A stretch of 63,941 nucleotides of DNA, filler included, from Choristocarpus tenellus KU-1152 (Eukaryota > Protista > Phaeophyceae), in NCBI GenBank assembly GCA_964200185.2. It is 13 parts of 13 records of this genome, joined end to end, with 100 filler letters (N's around TTAATTAATTAA, not from the genome) between each part and the next. Parts side by side here need not be neighbours in the genome. Positions count along the whole stretch, not along the records: positions 51,350 to 55,511 come from CAXNAD020015902.1; positions 55,612 to 63,941 come from CAXNAD020004850.1; 11 more parts are not named here. One strand, 5' to 3'. This document shows, piece by piece, positions 53,004 to 63,941 of the stretch; the stretch's first letter is position 1, and each line of letters starts with the position of its first letter. The position numbers and the translations under genes are program-made. Below the pieces are notes generated by a model. The model saw nothing but the letters and a program-made list of their open reading frames with translations, did not search any database and had not been told where the DNA came from.

Positions 53004-54755
53004 CTTGACGTCCTCTTCGAAGTCTTCTGCCTCTAGCTTTCGGGGGTATCTCCGCAAAGGCACACCATCACCATCCAGGAGAAACTTCTCATAGTTGAGA
53101 GTCACACGGGCAATGCCGTTGGGATTCTTCAGGGTTCGACACAAGTACCTTTTATTGTCAAAAGCAAGAACAACAGGATCAGGGGATGAAGGACAAAAGT
53201 ACCTTTTATTGTCAAAAATAACAAAAACAAAAACGATAAGGTAATGAATGAAGCACTCAAGTTCCCTATTTTGTCATGAACAAGAATAACAACAGCTACA
53301 ACAAAAAAGGATTGGGAGATGGAAGGACTCAAGTACCTTTTATTGTCAAGAACAACAAGATAGATCCAACATATTGTTATTCGGAAATTACAAAATCAAA
53401 AAAGGATTGTGCTCAATTCAGTTCAACAACTTTTCAAGCCACGGCTATATTTTCAAGTTCAAAATACTTCAACCGATCTTTTTGATTTAAAGCATTAAAA
53501 AACAAAATAAAACAACACAGAAAAAATTATTTTATTTTTTTTCTGTTTTTGTTGTTGTTGTTGTAACTATTGTAACAGATCATATCAGATCATATCATAC
53601 TTTTGCAATGAAATAAAATATTAAACAACACAACACAGGTATAACTTCAGTCCACTACCAATTCAGAGTCGTATCGACGCCTGCATCGCTGTGGCTTCTT
53701 GCCACTGAATAAGGACTTCGATGGAGCAAGAGAGGGTTTTGTATAAATTTGGGAGGCAGCACCAATGTGGATGGGGATAAGAGATACCCCAAGTGGCAAA
53801 ATTAAATTCACTTAAATTTTTTTTTATTGATGCGATCCCACCACAATTTTTTTTTCTTTTTACTCTGTTTAAAACTACTTGAAGTGTGGTGATGGAAATT
53901 GCTGCTTTCCCTTCCCAAAGAGTACAATAATAATAATAATTATTATTATTATTGTTATTCATTCAGGGTCAGGGTGGGTACCCATAGGAGTGTTTTTTAC
54001 AGAGTTTAGAATTATCAGGTTCTCTTTACGCTAGAACGCATAAAATCAACCTTACAGAAGAATTATACACAGCACTTCTTGGGGGTGGGGGACAGCGCAT
54101 GTATTCTGGTATTGCCACCAATAGTGCTGGAATCGTTCCATTTTCCGTTTTCAAACTCTTGTCATAAAAAATAAAACCAGTCGGAGGAAAGATATGCGTG
54201 CCAGGGAACCAACCACTCCTGGAGCTCTATTTTCAGCAGTAACATAATAAAAATAAAATAGGAAGGATGAAAGTACAGTGTTCACAGAGCTTTTCTCAGG
54301 ACATCCCACTAGTAACCCTAACCCTAACCCCAGCCCCCAAACCACAAACATGAGTAAAACCCCCCAAAATATGTTGACCATACCTTCAGAGTACGCGGAG
54401 AAGCCATCTTTGTTTCACACACCACACCCCCTAACCCTAATAATTGCATCATGCATAAAGAAAAACAAACAAGCTGTGATTTGTATTATATTTATTTTAT
54501 TCAGTACCATCAAAAGCAACTCCCCCACAGTAGTTCCCCTTCAAATGCCTAACCCTAAACCGCATAGCCTACTATAACTAGAAATCAGAGCAGTAAGTAA
54601 AAACAGAAGTTAGGTGTACCAGGGGGGGGGGGGGGGGGGGGAGAAAGAATACAAAACCCGGAAGAAGGAACGGATAGGGGCCCCCCCGACCGCCCCGTCT
54701 ACAAACCACACAAANNNNNNNNNNAAAAAAAAAAAAGAAAGAAAAAAAAAAAAAA

Positions 54756-54795
<40 letters not shown>

Positions 54796-54944
54796 GCATG
54801 ATATCAATACCTGTAGAATGGATCGATAGTGTTCCCCACGATGTCCACCTTATCAAAAACAACGTTCCGTGGGTATTGTCCAAAGCCATAGAATTGGAAG
54901 AACTTGATACGCACCACACGGTTCTCATCTGGTTCAAAGTAGCC
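53004..54944 (-). CDS. Glutathione peroxidase-like protein, internal exons 54811-54944 and 53004-53148
   Basis: GYFEPDENRVVRIKFFQFYGFGQYPRNVVFDKVDIVGNTIDPFYR|YLCRTLKNPNGIARVTLNYEKFLLDGDGVPLRRYPRK matches the GPX signatures F.K..V.G....P.Y.YL and WNFEKFL...G....RY. Confidence 0.85.
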
Positions 54945-55632
54945 CTTCAGTAATCAACAAACATGCCAGGATGTGGGCATCACAACAAGCTCAGATTACA
55001 CAGAACACATTCAGGTAAGAGAGAGAGAGAGAGAGAGAGAGAGGTAGAGACAGATAGTGCAGGGACAAAAACGGTTCAAATCAATGGTGCAAAAAAGTCA
55101 TGGGAGGAGGTTATTGATAAGTTATTGATTTAGCACCCAACAGGCCCTCGATGAGGGTGAGGACCGGTCTTACCACTGCTGAGCAATTTTCACCAAAGAG
55201 AGAGAGAGAGAGAGAGTATGAAGATGTTGATGTTGATGTTGGTGTTGATGATTTACTTTACTCAGATTCACCTATTGCTTCAACGCGTTCCAGGAGAGGT
55301 TATATCGGTGTTGTAAAAACCAAAAAAAGGTTTTATTCTTATTTTCCTCGACAGGCAGGCACCACCGCCACATACATAACATAGAGGAGAAAATGCGATA
55401 ACACGTAAAAAAACAGGCAAGCAGTTGTTGTGGGCACTGGGGGCGAGGGGGGGGGGGGGGGGGGGGGGGACGGCCCCCCAACCCCGGGGGAGTTTGGTTT
55501 TTTTGTGGGTGNNNNNNNNNNNNNNNNNNNNNNNNNNNNNNNNNNNNNNNNNNNNTTAATTAATTAANNNNNNNNNNNNNNNNNNNNNNNNNNNNNNNNN
55601 NNNNNNNNNNNCCCCCCACATACTTTGGGTCT

Positions 55633-58600
55633 CCATACAGTACGGGTAACAGTTAAGTAGGGAGTTTGTCTATCAACTGATCATGTTCAAGGACATTTTA
55701 GGTTGTCAAATCATCAAGAGAGTGATCACAAACGACCATCTCAAGACGAGAGGTCAAAAGTCAAAGGTTTGGGGAAGAAGGACAAAGGGGGAGATCAAGG
55801 CAACTTTGGAAGAATCTTCATAATAATATGGCGGAATCTGGGGATGGGGAGACAACATCCCGCCTGCTCGTTGGGCAGGTGTGCAGGGACGACCAGAGAG
55901 AGAATGGGGAAGGGGAGAAGGACTTAATATCGGGGGAGTGTGGGAGGCCAAGGACTCAAAAGACGAAACCTTCCAGCTGACAGAGGTATTGGTTAGTCAA
56001 GGTCAGGAGGAGATGAAGCGATCGACACAAGAAAAGGAAAACCTAAAGAACGTTGACGGAAAGAAAGGCAGAGAAAGGAGAGGGGGGATGGGAAAGGAGA
56101 GGTTGTCATCAAAACAGTTCGCAAGGACCAGGACACCCCATTTCAAAAGGTAGAACACATAGCGAAAGGAATGAACCAGATGATGGATTTACTTGCGAAC
56201 CCGTACCCCCACAAGAAGTGATCCAAACAGTTGGGGGGAAAGTGGAACATTTTTGGGAAGGAGGGGCGAGTGAGTCTTCTGTGTCTCTAACTGAGAGGAT
56301 GAAAGAAGAGGCAATGGTAAATCTTGTGGAGGAGACAAAACGCGAGAAAATATTTTATGTTACTCAGGAGCGTCCCCCTGTTTCTACAGGGTGTGGAAAC
56401 ATCGATCCGGATTGAAATTCAGAGAATTATGAAGAAGATTCTGGATGTAACGGAACAGGTAGCCAATCAACTGACACAGCTGACAGCCTTCGACAAAAGA
56501 GGTTTCATTCCCACTGATGAAATCAGGAAGATGACGAAGAAGATCAACTACAAAGTGCCGTAGACCATGACCAAGATATGTTGGAATGGTGAAGCAAGGA
56601 AAGTGGTACAGTAGAGAACGACTGGGATGGTTGAGCAATTTGAGATGGTAAGGAAAAGGGTACGCTCTTTTACGCCTCGAATAAACCATTTTTTCTCAAT
56701 CACCCTCGGATCGTAGACCTATTATTCAACACAGGGAAGAAAGATTTGGAGTCGTGCGAAAAAGAATTATCACAATCAGCCGACAAATTGGCTAACAGGT
56801 TCGCTGCGCCCCCGGCCCCAGAGGTGTTGTTCCCACCCCCGCCACAGCCACGGTTTATGATCTCAGACACCACATTGGACCAGGTAAGGAATATGTTGCC
56901 TTCTCAGTATACCCAGGAGCCCTGGTCATGTTCCATGCAGAGGAACAATACGTAATGTGGAGACTGGTGGTTTAAGTCCCCACGTCCAGTTAAGAGAAGG
57001 GGAAATGAGACGACGTCAGGGGAGTCGAGAAAATACTACCCAAGCTATGTATTTGATGCTCTACCAACTAGTAGGATTACTAGCAGTACCAAACATATGG
57101 ATTTGTATTACTGAAAAATTAGAAGAACGAGATACGCTGTGAAAGAAAGTAGAAGTTTCACATGAAACTGGTACTTTCTGGAAGGATATTTCCAGTGTTG
57201 CGGGGAACATTCTGAGAACAGTGTAGTTTTCTAGACTTTTCATCTGGGAAGGATCTAGATCAAGAGGCATTTGGGACTTCTGGAAGTAGGGTGTTCTCTA
57301 GAAGTCAAAGTGTCAGGGGGGGGGAGGGTGCCGGCGTCCGTATTTGACCCTAGGCGACTGTCGCTGGGAGAATATCTTAACGAGCAATGCATTCCTTTTC
57401 GGAACAAAATGTGCCTTTTTGAGATGCAACGGATATTGATGTTTCGACCATTTAAGAGAGGGAGAAGGAGGGGGAAAACGGCAGGGGGAGAGGAGTAGTC
57501 CAGGCCTAAACAGAAGGGCAAATAGACTCCCCTCCAAAGGAAGACCCCGAGGACACGGCCCCACCTCATACCGATGTGGACTGGTAAAACTTGACCCCTG
57601 GACATCAACTCTGCCCCAGCACAATCTTCTGTAAGCAGCAAGACCAAGACCAGGATCACTCCACCATTCAATCGCAGTTAGAGGGAGGGGGGATGAAGTA
57701 GGTCCAGAGAGTGTAAAGGATTGGTTTGAATCATGGGAGAGTTTGAGGGGTGTGGAAGAAGTGACTGATCAAACAGCATGAGATCTAGGGGAGATAGCAA
57801 GGATGGGGGAAACTGCTAGACGATTGGAGCAATTAGTGTTATGACTGTAGCAGAGATGGAGTCCAAAGTATCTACATTGGGGGTTGGACAGCCAATTGGT
57901 AGGAGGATTGGATTTCCACAGATGGAAAAACTAGAGCGCATAGTCCAACTAGGGGTAACACGTAGACATTTCAGTTACAAGGGAGAGCCCAGGGGTAGGT
58001 TGGAATAAGGGAACCACAGTAACGCGAATAACAAGGAAAGGAATTTTACGGAAGGAGGTTAAAATTGATGTAGTGTAGGGAAGGGCCTTAGTATTTCCCG
58101 AGGGTGCAACGACTAAGATTCCAGTGATGTGTTCATCTCCACAGTGGGAGTTGTCCAGGAACCGTCAAATGTGAGGATTATTCCTCTTGTCGTACCAATA
58201 CAATAGTTGAGGACCCAATATGAATCCTAACACTAATTTCGTGTCATATAGTATTGACTGATGCCTTATAGAAGACAATGGCTTTGCAGAACAATTTCGC
58301 CGAGGGTCATAATTATTATTACCAAGACTGCAGGACACCTCTCACCAGGTCCCAGTAGAACCATGGAGGCCGGCTAGGTTTAGCTATACAATTGGAGGCC
58401 TTGTGATGGGAGATATTAGGACACAGTTTGGATGGAGGAGTAGTCCAGGATGGTGGGATCTCATCACTAGTGCTTTGGAATATTTCCATCGTAAAAGAAC
58501 GCCCTCGTCCACTGGTATGCTTCCTGGAGATCATGAAATTGCTGCAGGTGGTAGACATCCCTCAGAAGGAGGTAAGAGGGCTGTATGTGAGTTGAATGAT

Positions 58601-60180
58601 ATATGGAAGATTCTGGAAGTGGTGTGAGAGGGAGCAGAAGACCCTTTCTTTGCTATATAATCTATGTTAATGACAATGTTCTCATAGAGTTCCAACGGTT
58701 TTAGGATGGGAGTAGACTGGAATTGGCGACTACCTCTCTAGATCTCACATCATACCCGCCTGTTAGGAACTAGGACAGTAAACAGAACTCCCATTCTATC
58801 AGCTAAGAAGCTCACTGGATGGGCCACAGTACAGGCAGCAGTTGGGTAGAAGATTGATACTAAGCACATGACAACTATTGGGGGTTGACTGAGCAGGATA
58901 GCAGAAAGGAGGGATCAAAGAGAACAAAGTGCAACGAAAATTAAGGGATGAGACGACAAGCCAGGGTAGGCGGGGAATTGAAGGAAGAAGTGTATTGGTG
59001 GATGTGGGTGGTGAAGTGGGGACTACCAGAGAGCTAAGGGAGAATATGAGTTCACCCCTTCCTAAACTTCGTTCGTCCCCCACCAAGGACAACTTGGAGT
59101 TTGGGTGCTTATTTTAAAGCAGTAGGAGGACGCAACGTAGAGACGGGTAAGGGTTGGAGGTATGTACAAGCGTGAGGAGAAACACAAAGGTGCAGTTGGG
59201 TGAGAGAGAGGGAGAATCTCAAACAATGTATTAAAGTTGTTGATGATAGTACTGAATGCATGATTGCTGGTAGTGAATGGAATAGGTAAGCCATGGAAAA
59301 CCCCCTTGGACAGACCCGATCTATAATGAGGAGACAACAGGTCAATAGTTGATTAGGACAATGGGGGGACTAGAGATAGCAGGGGAATTATCGTTTGTGG
59401 ATGAGCATGTACAGGGGAAGGAGGATGTGTCGGCAGATGGCATATATCTAGGTGAGATAGGGCCAAGATCCAATCTCTAATCTCCAATACTAATTGTCAA
59501 TATGCCCTCACTAGCAGGATCGATCCCTGGGTCGGGAAGGGGGTATTGTATGTTTGAGTGCCTTGGATGCAGCCCAGCAACACAAAAAATCGGTTGCGCC
59601 CTCTACTCAGAAGTGTTATGAAAGAGGCTTGAAACAGTGGCCTCAGCTCCGTACATAAGGAGACTCGAGTATGGATGGCTTGAACCCGAGAGTCAGGAGT
59701 TGGACATGGTGAAGGCCCTAGCAGAATTCATGTACTTTGTTATGGAAATTGGAAGGAATCAAGAAGGTACAAAAAAGATGTCAGTAATACAACATTGCTG
59801 CAAACATTTCCTCGACTTTCAGCTGCCAACACAACATTTACTCCTGCGTTCAGTATTGAAGGGTGTAAGTGGGAGTCATACAGAGGAGTGAAAGTATCTT
59901 AGAGGGTATGGGTTTTGCCCTGTTTGTCCGTTTGGGGCTTGGCTTCCCGCAGGTTTTTTATGACATTTTCCTACTCTGAAACACTTGGGAGTAGGTAAAA
60001 TGTGTACGTTTTTGGAGTAAGTACGATGTGTATGTCCAGGACATGGATATTGACACTTCCAAACAAACACAATAGCCAAAATTACGTCAAAATAACATTG
60101 GATTTTGGCCCCCAATGGACGCGGCTCTACCCTCTAAGATATATTGACTCAGAGGTTGGTAATCAACCCAATATACTAAT
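55633..60180 (+). mobile_element. Decayed DIRS/Ngaro-like tyrosine-recombinase retrotransposon (gag-like, RT/RNase H, YR N-terminus)
   Basis: RT-like DIRTQFGWRSSPGWWDLITSALE (58403-58500), and integrase N-terminal-like ALAEFMYFV..IGRNQEGT...LPTQHLLLRSVLKGVSGSHTE (59637-59885) continuing VGNQP after the MITE. Many stop codons. Confidence 0.65.
59886..60150 (-). mobile_element. MITE family A copy with AGAG target duplication, inserted in the YR ORF
   Basis: AGAG|GAGTGAAAGTATCTTAGAGGGTA ... TACCCTCTAAGATATATTGACTC|AGAG. Confidence 0.93.
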
Positions 60181-60611
60181 AGACCAGTTTGTAAGCCTTG
60201 GAGCCACCATCAGTGATGAAGATGGTATCACCATCGAATCAGTTGAAGGGTTCAAAAGTCTGCGGTTGTTTCCGCAGGTACAGTCAAGTGCTTTCCCACA
60301 GAACAATTGGCGTATCACTTGAGCTTAAGTTTCAAACCCTCGCAGCTGAGGTGCCTGAGGTTCAGCTACATGGTTCGGTGGCATGGAGGCATTGCCAGGT
60401 CAGCTATGTGAAGCTTCGCTCCCATCGCCACAAAATCCTCCCACACACTCATCATCAGATTTTGCAAACAGAAGTGCACTAAGATGCCCTTGTGAAACCT
60501 GGGTGTGAGAGAATCGAGGCGACTGTACCAAACGGAGACTCATATTCGCAAGGTCATTTCACATATGGGGGAGAAGCAACTTTTAAGATGCTGATGTTTG
60601 GGGAGTTTACG

Positions 60612-60872
60612 GAGCCAAAGTATCTTAGAGGGTAGAGCCGTGTCCATTTGGGGACCAAAATCCAATGTTGCGATTTTGATGTAATTTTGACTATCGTGTT
60701 TGTTAGGAAATGTCAATATCCTTGTTGTGGATGCACCTTTTCATAATGTGTACATTTTACCTACTCCGAAATATTTTGGAGTAGGAAAATGTCATTTAAA
60801 AAAACCCGAGGGAAGCCAAGCCCCAAATGGACAAGCAGGGCAAAACTCGTACCCTCTAAGATACTTTAACTG
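60612..60872 (+). mobile_element. MITE family A copy
   Basis: GAGCCAAAGTATCTTAGAGGGTA ... TACCCTCTAAGATACTTTAACTG; ACG on both flanks. Confidence 0.92.
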
Positions 60873-62758
60873 ACGAATGGAAGGCGTAAGCAAAGTAGAT
60901 AGGAGAAAAACTGGTGAATGTACCTGCAAGACACCTAGAGAATTTTGTGATTGATTGCAGTTGAGGGATTGGGCACAAGGCTGACCAACCAATCAACACA
61001 GGTGATACGAGTGAGTAGTTAATTGCGTAAAGAGTTACATACATACATGGCGGAGGGGCATTCCAAGGAAGCATATGATAGCTGATGTCGGCAAGCTAAA
61101 GTCGTAAGTGAGGCAGACCAAACAAACCAGGGCGCATGAAGATCACCACAACCACCACTGCCTGCTGCATTTCGGATTTGATTTAGCTGGTGTGATTCAA
61201 AAACATATATTTTGGATTTTAGAACACTACACCTGTATTCTCTTTGCTACTATTGTTATATATATATGAGTTCTTGTTATTCCTCCCCCTTTTATTACTT
61301 CCTTTTTCGCCGCTTTTGCTTGATGTTGCTGTTCTATAGTATTATCTATCTAAAGCGAGGTCTGTTGCCTTTTTATGACTTCCTATCGGCCACTGGTCTG
61401 TGACCCCTCGGATCAATGCAGAGAAGATATTCGTACTCTATGTAGTATATATTGTTGTATTAATTAGACCCAGTCTTTTGCCCTTCGAGTAGATTCATAG
61501 TAACACTCTGTATGCTATCTCCTCGTACAATGGACAGCGTTCATAGGATAGTTTCGCAGATTTCAACAATCCTACCTACGATTAAGTAGATGATGCAACA
61601 TTTGGGGGGTGCTCGCCTTTGCTTGCACCTGATGCCACACACAGGGAGACATGTATACTTTGAGGATGTTTGAATTGGATTGCGCTTATTACCCTTAGCA
61701 ACTGATGTTTGTCAACAATCTGGGCATTGTTCGCCCTGCTCGTCACACTCATTGTTCCCAGTGTAAATGAAGTCCCTTGCACCGTGCCACAGAGTGGGTC
61801 GTAGTAATCGTATGAATGAAAACTATTTTGCAATCTCTACCCCCTGACACTCAAAATGGACAATGCAAAGGTATTGTTGAAGGTATATGTGGGGGTACGG
61901 AGGTGAGGGTTTCCCTTCATTGGACTTTCCGACCCATAGAAACCGATAGTGGTTGGAGTTGCAAGATCTGAGGGACCAAGATAAGAGCGTGAGCTACGCT
62001 CCATTTTTGTTCCGGCATTCGTATATCCATGCCTCAGACTAAGGTACGGCGAAGTAGAATCTGTTTCCTTTCCTAGGTGTCCCATACAACAAAATCCTCT
62101 AGTGTTCTCGATCCCTCCTTTCACTTGCAATAATATTTAAACTCTTTGTCGGCAGACTTGTACCTGTCTAAAGAGTCATTCGTATTCATAAAAGCGTGTT
62201 ACAACAGTGCTGTCGAGTGATAAACCTGTTAAGTATACCTATGGCTCACTTCCAACAATCATAATGAGCTATTGCCAACCTCCCATGACCAGGATGAGGA
62301 TACTGTAGGACACAATGCTGAAAGGAGGAAATAGAGAGATGCTGCTCATGGTGGGAATGAGGAGTGGAAACTCTCCCAATTAGTAACAATGGGGAGGATG
62401 TGCCTGGGTCAACCCGTGGGGGCTGTTCTGGTGTAAGAAGGAGAGGCATAGGAGGGGGCTGTGTGATCTGCGCCTATGGCAAGAGAGAAAGAAAAGCTCC
62501 ACCAGTCACGAGCCACAGAGTTTCAGCAGCACCAGGAGGAGAGGCGTGTAGGGGGACTGGACCTGTGTAGCAAGGATAAGTTGTGCATTCATATTGAGAA
62601 ATAACACAATTTTCAATGTACTCAAGTCTGTCCCCCCTTGCCCTTGCGCCTTGATAAAATGTCACCCCGCCCAGGAAACACGGTCAACACCTATTTCCGG
62701 CGTTCAAGGAGGAATGCGTTAGTAAAGGCTCTAACACTGCTAATCCTGTTACCTGCGT

Positions 62759-63243
62759 ATGAACGACGGGAAAGACCGTCAAACGGTGCTCGAGATGGCA
62801 GCAGGATATGCGATGGTCAGGTCGGAAACTGTGGGTAAATGGGAAAGAGACTCCCTAACTAAGGGCCACGTCAAGGTGTTGGAGCAAGGGCGCTACGAGA
62901 CCGAGGTCAAAGAGTGGGTGCGCGAACACACAGGAAGAGAGGGTGGGGAGGCTTTCCCCCCGCCTCAACAGGTATGCTTTAATCAATTAATAGTCCATCT
63001 GTTATCACTATTAATATCTACAATCCAGGGTTCGAACCCCAATATGAAGGTTCTTTCTTCAAGAAATAAATCGTGAAAAAAAAAGACGAAGCCCCTACTG
63101 TGGAGGGCCTTGTGATGGGCATCACGATTATGGTTTTATTTTTTAGTCCGATGTCTGCATCAAAGGTTATGATGGGACAAACCCCAGAGGGCGAAGCTAT
63201 TGGTACCACTATGTCAGAATATCAACCTGACACTGTCGCTAAG
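62759..63243 (+). CDS. Possible exons of an unidentified gene
   Basis: MNDGKDRQTVLEMAAGYAMVRSETVGKWERDSLTKGHVKVLEQGRYETEVKEWVREHTGREGGEAFPPPQQ ends at CAG|GTATG (62971); a second block ends ...YQPDTVAK|GT. Confidence 0.35.
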
Positions 63244-63941
63244 GTGTCCCTCAGATCTACTCTCCACAATAATAGCAAGAAAACATATCATAAATACTGC
63301 CCCTCACATATATATCATCTCCAAAATGCGAAAGAATGTAACAATTGATGGGACAATATGGACAAGAGAAGAAGATAGGATCAGGTAATGGGTACAAAAA
63401 ACGGAACTAACCACAACAACTACTACAACTATATCAGATAGGCCAACTTGTATATAAGGAAGGCAATGGACCAGAAAACAACAAAATCAACCCCACAAAC
63501 TGACTCTATAAAGGTATCCTAGAATCAAAGGAATCTGCCAAGGCCTCCTCTAGTATCACATCGTATCAACTACGATATGGAAAGTTCTCGGTTTTAACCC
63601 ATGGTAGGGTTGTGGTTGGTGGATTGTTGGCATTGATATAGTAAACAGGGCCTACTCTTTACGAGGACCCGGATGGTGACCACCCTCCTCTCCTGTGGTT
63701 CGTATTGTAGGAGGGTATAATTTGACGGAGTGTTTACATCGTTACTATTATTGTTATTATTGTATTCTGAATGGTGTAGAGGGAAAGGAAGACGTTGATT
63801 ATCACACCTCCAAGTCCATTTTGAAATTATGGTTCAACATGTATGTAGTACTTAGATATTTGTTATGGAATATGTGTTTTTTTGGAAAGCATGTCAAGAG
63901 TCCATGATTTCACTGACGGACTTTTTCCGTTAGAATGAAAC

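Noticed and set aside
60190-60260. Helicase-like motif ITIESVEGFK
   Set aside because: Short isolated resemblance with no other helicase motifs nearby.

Overview
This is eukaryotic nuclear DNA, not a prokaryotic chromosome. The window is 13 unrelated draft contigs joined by artificial 100-nt spacers (44 N + TTAATTAATTAA + 44 N), so neighbourhood across spacers means nothing. Genes have short exons and long introns rich in microsatellites and TTAGGG repeats. Gene architecture and gene families suggest a photosynthetic stramenopile such as a brown alga, but this is an inference. Supported genes: partial REV1, the 3' part of an ARMC6-like gene, the 5' part of DNA-PKcs (PRKDC), an apparently complete ferric-reductase/NOX-family gene, an adenylate-kinase-like exon, a glutathione-peroxidase-like gene, and several unidentified spliced genes. 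Transposon remnants: a Sola-like DDD transposase, a DD39D mariner, a CRE/NeSL-like RLE non-LTR retroelement and a DIRS/Ngaro-like tyrosine-recombinase retroelement. The most notable signals are: (i) two related MITE families sharing a GRNNNAAAGTATCT terminal repeat, one of which explains many contig breaks; (ii) a bacterial-looking nuoB/nad10 fragment in frame directly upstream of the DNA-PKcs start; (iii) a spliced pseudogene whose stops all revert by T-to-C, consistent with methylation-driven decay; (iv) tandemly multiplied splice sites; (v) pervasive intronic telomere-like repeats. I found no CRISPR array and no convincing new multi-gene system.
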